Source: Girardia tigrina (lineage: Eukaryota). Taken from it: a stretch of DNA of 54,556 nucleotides. The stretch's first letter is position 1. Every line of letters begins with the position of its first letter. Shown one piece after another: positions 48,798 through 54,556 of the stretch. Location: contig MQRK01219644.1 of assembly GCA_001938485.1 (NCBI GenBank), forward strand, positions 1-54,556, read 5' to 3'. The notes beneath the pieces were generated by a model that was given only the letters and a program-made list of their open reading frames with translations, was not told where the DNA came from and did no database searches. A program made the translations under genes and the position numbers.

Positions 48798-51221
48798 CAG
48801 TAAAAATAAAATTATCAGGATCATTTGTGACCTGTAGTGGATTCGGATAATTGGATTAAAAATATAAATAGTTTCATAAATGTGTTCTAATTAAAATTTT
48901 ATTTAAATGACTTGTATATTTAAAATGAGTATCTTTTTTTCAGTAGAAAGATCTCTAATTCTTTTTACACATAAAATTTGGGCAGAATGGGATTTATCTC
49001 GTCTCTCAAACCGACACAATGCTGACACTAAAGCCTTGAAAGCTTCTGAATTACTCGGCATATCATCAACACTTCCATTATCATCATCATCAAATTTGTC
49101 GATTGTCTTTTTATCATTGTCGTTATTGAATTCTTTAATAATTTCATTATTTATAAGCTTCAATCCACATGAAAAGTTTTTAATAAAAACAAAATTCTAT
49201 GTAAAAATGTATTTAAAGATAATATATTTTGACCGCTCAACCGTAATCTTCAGGTCACTGATAAATAATTTAATTCACTTGTATATAAATGCAATAATTA
49301 TTATTTATTTCATTACTTTTGAAAATCTTATTATGGAATCAAATGTATCAATCTGAATCAATTCCGCCAGACATTCGCTACATATAATTTACCAAAATTA
49401 TAATCTATTTGTACCTTTGTTATCAGTTACTGAATCATCTTTAATATCATCAGCATCCATAAATTGATTTCATGAAAGAAGCAATGTTTTTTCATTAACT
49501 TTAGATCATGGGTCAGACGCCATATAACAACAATTTTCCAAAGAAATTAATATACAAACTTCATAACTGAATCTTTATTTTCTTCATCGATAAAAAGAGT
49601 TGTCGAATTAATTGCTTGTGGTATAATCTTTTGAAAACTGCTATAACTCCTTGATCCATCTACTGAAGAATATAGATTGCAGTAGGTGACAAGCATTACA
49701 TTAAGTGACTTTAAACTTATTATGATCGCTCTTCAAAGTCTCGAACGAGGGATATGAAGGATCGTTATCTATCAAGAAAAAATGTTACAAATTTTCATAA
49801 AAACATTTCTCTTGTTATAAAAATATTTCTCGTCAACCAAAACTTTTTCGAACCACTATAGAAAAGTTTTTGTTGCTATAGTGCTGTGATAAATTTCAGA
49901 TAAAAAATCAATTTAATCAGAAATATGCGAAAAATTAAATATTAACAATGTCGGAAATATAGTACTTTAAATAAACCGTTTGTAAACACTTTTTTTTAAA
50001 AATAAGATTGTTTTACCAATGCGTTCTACGTTTTTCATTTCGGCGCGTTTTAGTCGACAAAATCGAACTGGCGATGTCATTAATATTTAGAACCAGATCT
50101 CCAAGATCTCTGCACAATTGGTCTCTGGACGGGCTGGGTATGCAAATCCGGGTCCATCACTGCCGATCAAATTCTTCGATGCATTTCATGCGATCTTTGA
50201 CGAGCTGGAACTTCCGATCATCCGTGTGGTCTGGGGCTACACCGTCAGACTCGAAGGGATGGTGATCTCGGACTATAACCGGGACGAGTCCTGTGACTAC
50301 TTGGATCCGACGGTGGATCATACGATTAAGTGGCTTGATACACGGTTCCCTGAAGCTTTGTCATTTACACTTTACGATCATTTTTGTATGTCAATGAAAG
50401 TGGCTTAACGTTTTTTAAGCTCCATGGCTTTTTAAATTTGCCAACTAATAATATAGGAATACTACAATTACCACTGGAATTACTACAAACCACAAACGTT
50501 ACGCTTTCTATGAGAGAGGTGTTTTGGTAATTCTTTCTAAAGTATCCAGTTTCATCGGGGTTATAGATAAAATTTTGATTTTACTGCACTTCCGTAAAAA
50601 ATTTAAAAAAAGTTTCTTAAAAATGGTACCTACATCAATGCTGGTTAATAATTTTCCACCATTTATTTTAAGTTCTCGAATACCATGTAACGATTAAAAA
50701 TTTCTCAGCCATCGTTGGCTTGCCTTAAAATCTTCCCTTTTTCAAGTTTTTCGTTGAACATTTCTCACAATAGAAGACTAGAGATAGGCTGTCCTAAAAA
50801 TCTTTTTTGTAGAAGCAATAAATATATTCAATCACTTAATTTTTCATATTTGGGTTTCTTCATAGATTTCCTCAAATTACGGCTATGAAAACGTTTTTGT
50901 GATGAAAAAAATTCTTTTATCATTTCTTTACTTTTCTTTATATCAGAAATTGTTGACATTCTAACTACATAATATTTAACAATCTTTTTTCTTAATTATC
51001 CTTTCTTTAATTTAATAATCATTTCTATCATGTTATGTAACAAAAAAATCGCATTCTTATAACAGATATAAAAACGGATTACACTAAAATATAAAAGAAA
51101 ACAATAAAATAAATTCATAATAAGGTATAATGGTATTTAACTAAACATTTAATTATCATACAAATTATCCGGATAACTCTATATCCGTATAATCGGAGTT
51201 CGAATAATTGGAGTTTTACAG
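48798..51221 (-). mobile_element. Degenerate pogo/Tigger (Jerky-like) transposon carrying an insertion
   Basis: Ends TA|CAGTAAAA... and ...TTTTACAG|TA with subterminal GATAA/TTATC motifs; remnants STISDIKK, GQPIS..LL, FKASQRWL, YNPDETG, CSNSSG..IP.LLVGK.KKP, LIDNDPSYP, MDQGVIAVFKRLY. Confidence 0.85.
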
Positions 51222-53205
51222 TATACGAAAAAAGTTGATGAGAAATATTTAACCAAGGAAGCATAACTTATTCTAAAAGAAATACTTAACTTTTGAAATA
51301 TTGAATTTAATAAATTTGAATAAAATATTTAATTTAAAATTAGAAATTGTCAGTTGCAATATGTTATTGATTTTTATAGCATAGGATTTTCATTTTAAAT
51401 TGAGATTTCAATTTTGATTTGAATTTTTTATTTATGTTATAGATTTTTGATTGAGATTGGTGATTTCCCATTTAGATTTTTGTTATTAAGATTTGAAACT
51501 TTTGATTTAAATTCGGAATTTTCTGAAATTATTTTTAAAATTTTAATGATTACAGGGTTTTGATTTTAAATTGAAATTTCAATATACACAGACAAATATT
51601 TAAGAAAATAATTCCGTAATCAATGCCAACCGAAGCATGAAATTACTAAACATTTAAAAGTTTTTCAAATATTTATAAGAATAAAAGTTTCCAGGTAATA
51701 TTAAATGTTCTTTAATATATATTAGTTCGATAAAACCAAAAATTTATGGCACACATTCAGTTCAAATGGGATAACTGACTAAATTAGTCTCTTTTAACCA
51801 GATTAACATAAACTTATCTGTGAAATAAGCGTCAAAGAGTGCATCATAGAGAGTGAACTGTTTTATAATTGCCAACCATATCAATGAATTCGTTTTTTTC
51901 CTTTGCATCAACACTAATTGCTTCTTTAATATTAAATATTTATGTATTTTCGGTATTCCGTTTTATTTTAACATTACCAATGAATTATAATTTAAAATAA
52001 ATCGTATGATAATGTTAGTATTATGCTTTTAGAGATAAATATATAGTACACATCAAATAAAGTACAGTGTTTTCCAGGTTATTTTATATTAAATTTCGCA
52101 TACTCTAATATCAGTGTCAGTTATATGAAGAAAAAATAATTCATTGTTATGAAATATATAAAAATATGTAATTGAACCCTTAAATCATCGCTTTGATTTT
52201 CAATTAGAATTGTTTTTAAACAAGAATTTAAATACGCTATTAAATTGTACCGAAAGTTCCGTTACACTGGCAAGAAATTCCACTTTTGTTAATTCTTTTT
52301 TTATCCTTCATAGTTCACTATGTATATAGTAATTTTCTTTAAATTATTATTAAGTCCTTTTTATTATATCATCATTAAAAATTGGTCAAACACATGATAG
52401 ATCCACACTAGCTCAACAATGTCCAAGCCACCAAAAGACTTAATTTTTGCATAGAACTGCTCTGATTCAGAATTAACTCTCCTAGCTCGTATAGTTCCGA
52501 ATTAAGCTTTTGTTTCATTGAATGAAATTAACAATGGAATAAAAGCATTCGTAAATGAATTGCCAGAAGAATTTATGACATATATAAATTATTTCCAGGA
52601 TAATTACGTTACTCATCTTACGCAAAATAACTATTATCGGGAACCTCAATTTCCTCCTAAAATTCATTAACGGTTAAAAACTTGTATAAAAATTCGCTGA
52701 TAAACTTTATAAAGAACTTTTTACAGAGAGACTAGAGACATTAAATACGTGATTTAATTTAATTAAGCTTAAGCTTTGTTACGAAGGATTTTAAATCTTG
52801 AGAACAATCAGTATAACTTATTCTCATCTTATTTTAGACTTACTTTTATTTTATAATTATTATTCAGTTCATTCGGTTAAATTGTTATTAGTTAAAAAAC
52901 ATAAATCTCAAAGCCATCACTAATTCGAAAGTTCACATATGCCAAGAAAGTTTAAATTTCTACTCTTAATTTCCAAATATGGCCTTTGTAGTGAATTAAA
53001 AAAAATCAAAATAATTTTTTTAAATAACAAAAAAAACGATCAAAAAAAAAATAAAATTGTGAACGGAGTGATCAAAATGCAAAAATAAAAATTCGAGCAA
53101 AAAAAAATTATTAGCAAATTATTATCAAAAAAATACATTTGTTTAAATTTTCAAATTTACAAAAACTCGAACCGCAATATACAAAAAAACTGTTGAACTC
53201 TAATC

Positions 53206-53785
53206 ATGTCCGACTGTGAAACCGGGACATTCGCCGTCCAGGCCGAAATCGCCCAGTTGATGAGTCTAATCATCAACACATTCTACTCTAACAAAGAGAT
53301 TTTCCTTCGGGAATTGATCTCCAATTCCAGCGATGCGCTTGACAAAATCCGCTACAAAAGCTCGACGGATCCATCCATGCTCGTCACCGCCAAAGAACCA
53401 ATGATCAAAATCATCCCGCACAAAGACGCTGACACTCTCACTCTCATCGACGCAGGAATCGGCAAGACGAAAGCCGAGCTCATCCACAATCTTGGAACGA
53501 TCGCTAGATCTGGAACTATGGCATTTACAGAGGCGCTGCAAGCCGGTGCCGATATCTCGATGATCGGTCAATTCGGTGTCGGTTTCTATCCATCGTACCT
53601 GGTCGCCGACAAAGTTCAGGTGACTCCCAAAGGCAACGACGACGAGCAGTATCTGTGGGAGCCGGCCGCTGTCGGTTCGTCCACCGTCAAATCTGATAAC
53701 AGCGAGCCGATCAACCGAGGAACGAAAGCCATTTTTTGCACGAAAGAAGACCAAATCGAATTTCTAGAAGGACGGGAAATCAAAT
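53206..53785 (+). pseudogene. HSP90: Truncated cytosolic HSP90 (N-terminal ATPase domain only), intronless, fused to unrelated sequence
   Basis: [83 protein letters not shown]. Homology stops near residue 193; substitutions at conserved sites (GIGKTK, FYPSY, VTPK, WEPAAVG). Confidence 0.92.
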
Positions 53786-54401
53786 ACGACGGGCCGTTTG
53801 GGCGTGATGGCCGCCCCTCTGTTCGAAAATCCGCCATCCCAACTCGGTTGGTTGAACGATTCGCCTCTTCGCTTTTTTCCTTTTACATTCAGGAACNNNN
53901 NNNCGAGCGAGAGGATTGCTGCCCGTTCGCCGACGGCCACGGAGAGCCGGGCTATCCTTTCAAATCAATGTGGGAACAGACGGAAGCTCCGCACTCGAGG
54001 CGTGCTTCCGCCAACGTCGACTCAATAACGGGGTCATCGCCTCATCTTACCGCGGTCGCCGCTCGACGCCTCACGTCGGTATCTGGAGCAACCGCGTCTT
54101 CGAACTTTTCAGCCTTAAACAGCTTTCATTGCATAATCACCGAATTCGGGTCTAAAAAAGATCGCTGTATTCAGATTCCAGTTCACTAAGATATTCTTAA
54201 AATTTACCATGCCTGGATAAATTGTAGTTAATTAAGTTAACAACTTTAATACAAACTATTAGGTTCGTGATTAAAATTGGAAGTCATAATTGGAAGTCAT
54301 ATCTCTACTACAATTTTCATTATTGAAACAAATTTGTGAGGAACAATATTTCAATTACATAATCCAGATCTCAAAATTCTAAACATAAATAATAATATCG
54401 A

Positions 54402-54556
54402 TGTGAGAAGTGGTTGCAACCTCTATATCAGAATTCATTTTTTTTAAACACCAAATTTATTACTATAACAATTCACATTTCTAAAACAAATTTTCCTGTT
54501 AATTTAATTTAATTATCTCGACCCAAATTAATCTATTAAATTCTTTTCGATTTAAT
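54402..54556 (+). repeat. LTR-like copy related to the solo LTR at 29487-29715 (other end not seen)
   Basis: TGTGAGAAGTGGTTGCAAC.TC.ATAT.AGAATTCATTTTTT..ACACCAAA matches the reverse complement of 29661-29715. Confidence 0.7.

Noticed and set aside
50785-50800. TAGGCTGTCCTAAAA as partner TIR of the 1-263 terminus
   Set aside because: It lies within pogo coding sequence (FLGQPIS) and points the wrong way to enclose an element.
52920-52965. Heat-shock element upstream of HSP90
   Set aside because: Only one GAAnnTTC core; three alternating nGAAn units are not present.
53900-54140. Minus-strand TPR-like peptide (KLFKAEKFEDAVA) suggesting an Hsp90 co-chaperone fusion
   Set aside because: The match is short and flanked by stops; not distinguishable from chance without a search.
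53206-54189. Functional full-length HSP90
   Set aside because: Middle and C-terminal domains and MEEVD are absent; many conserved residues are substituted.

Overview
Very AT-rich eukaryotic DNA, most likely from an invertebrate animal (spliceosomal GT-AG introns and a replication-dependent histone stem-loop); the species cannot be determined from the sequence. Only two resident genes are supportable, both on the minus strand. One is the 3' part of a poly(rC)-binding/hnRNP-E KH-domain gene (PCBP family): five exons from 44364 to 24561, with three introns of 42-67 nt and one of about 18.7 kb. The other is a single TMEM64/TVP38-family exon. The rest is mostly transposon remnants: at least 9 Tc1/mariner elements or fragments (two with unusual DD45D and DD47D catalytic spacing), 2 pogo/Tigger, 2 MULE, several hAT elements or MITEs, a Merlin, gypsy pieces with LTRs, an RTE-like LINE, Penelope-like pieces and Helitron-like repeats. 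Several are nested with resolvable TSDs. GC-richer chimeric gene fragments are also present (HSP90 N-domain, histone H2B with its stem-loop, and two unidentified). The best leads are a minimal type I hammerhead ribozyme behind a Penelope GIY-YIG fragment (43502-43561), a 49-nt CCA-bearing tRNA-Leu 3' half fused to an LTR-like end (45352-45400), the long-spacer mariner-like transposases, and foreign fragments captured inside DNA transposons. I found no convincing novel multi-gene system. All family calls come from manual motif recognition, not database searches.
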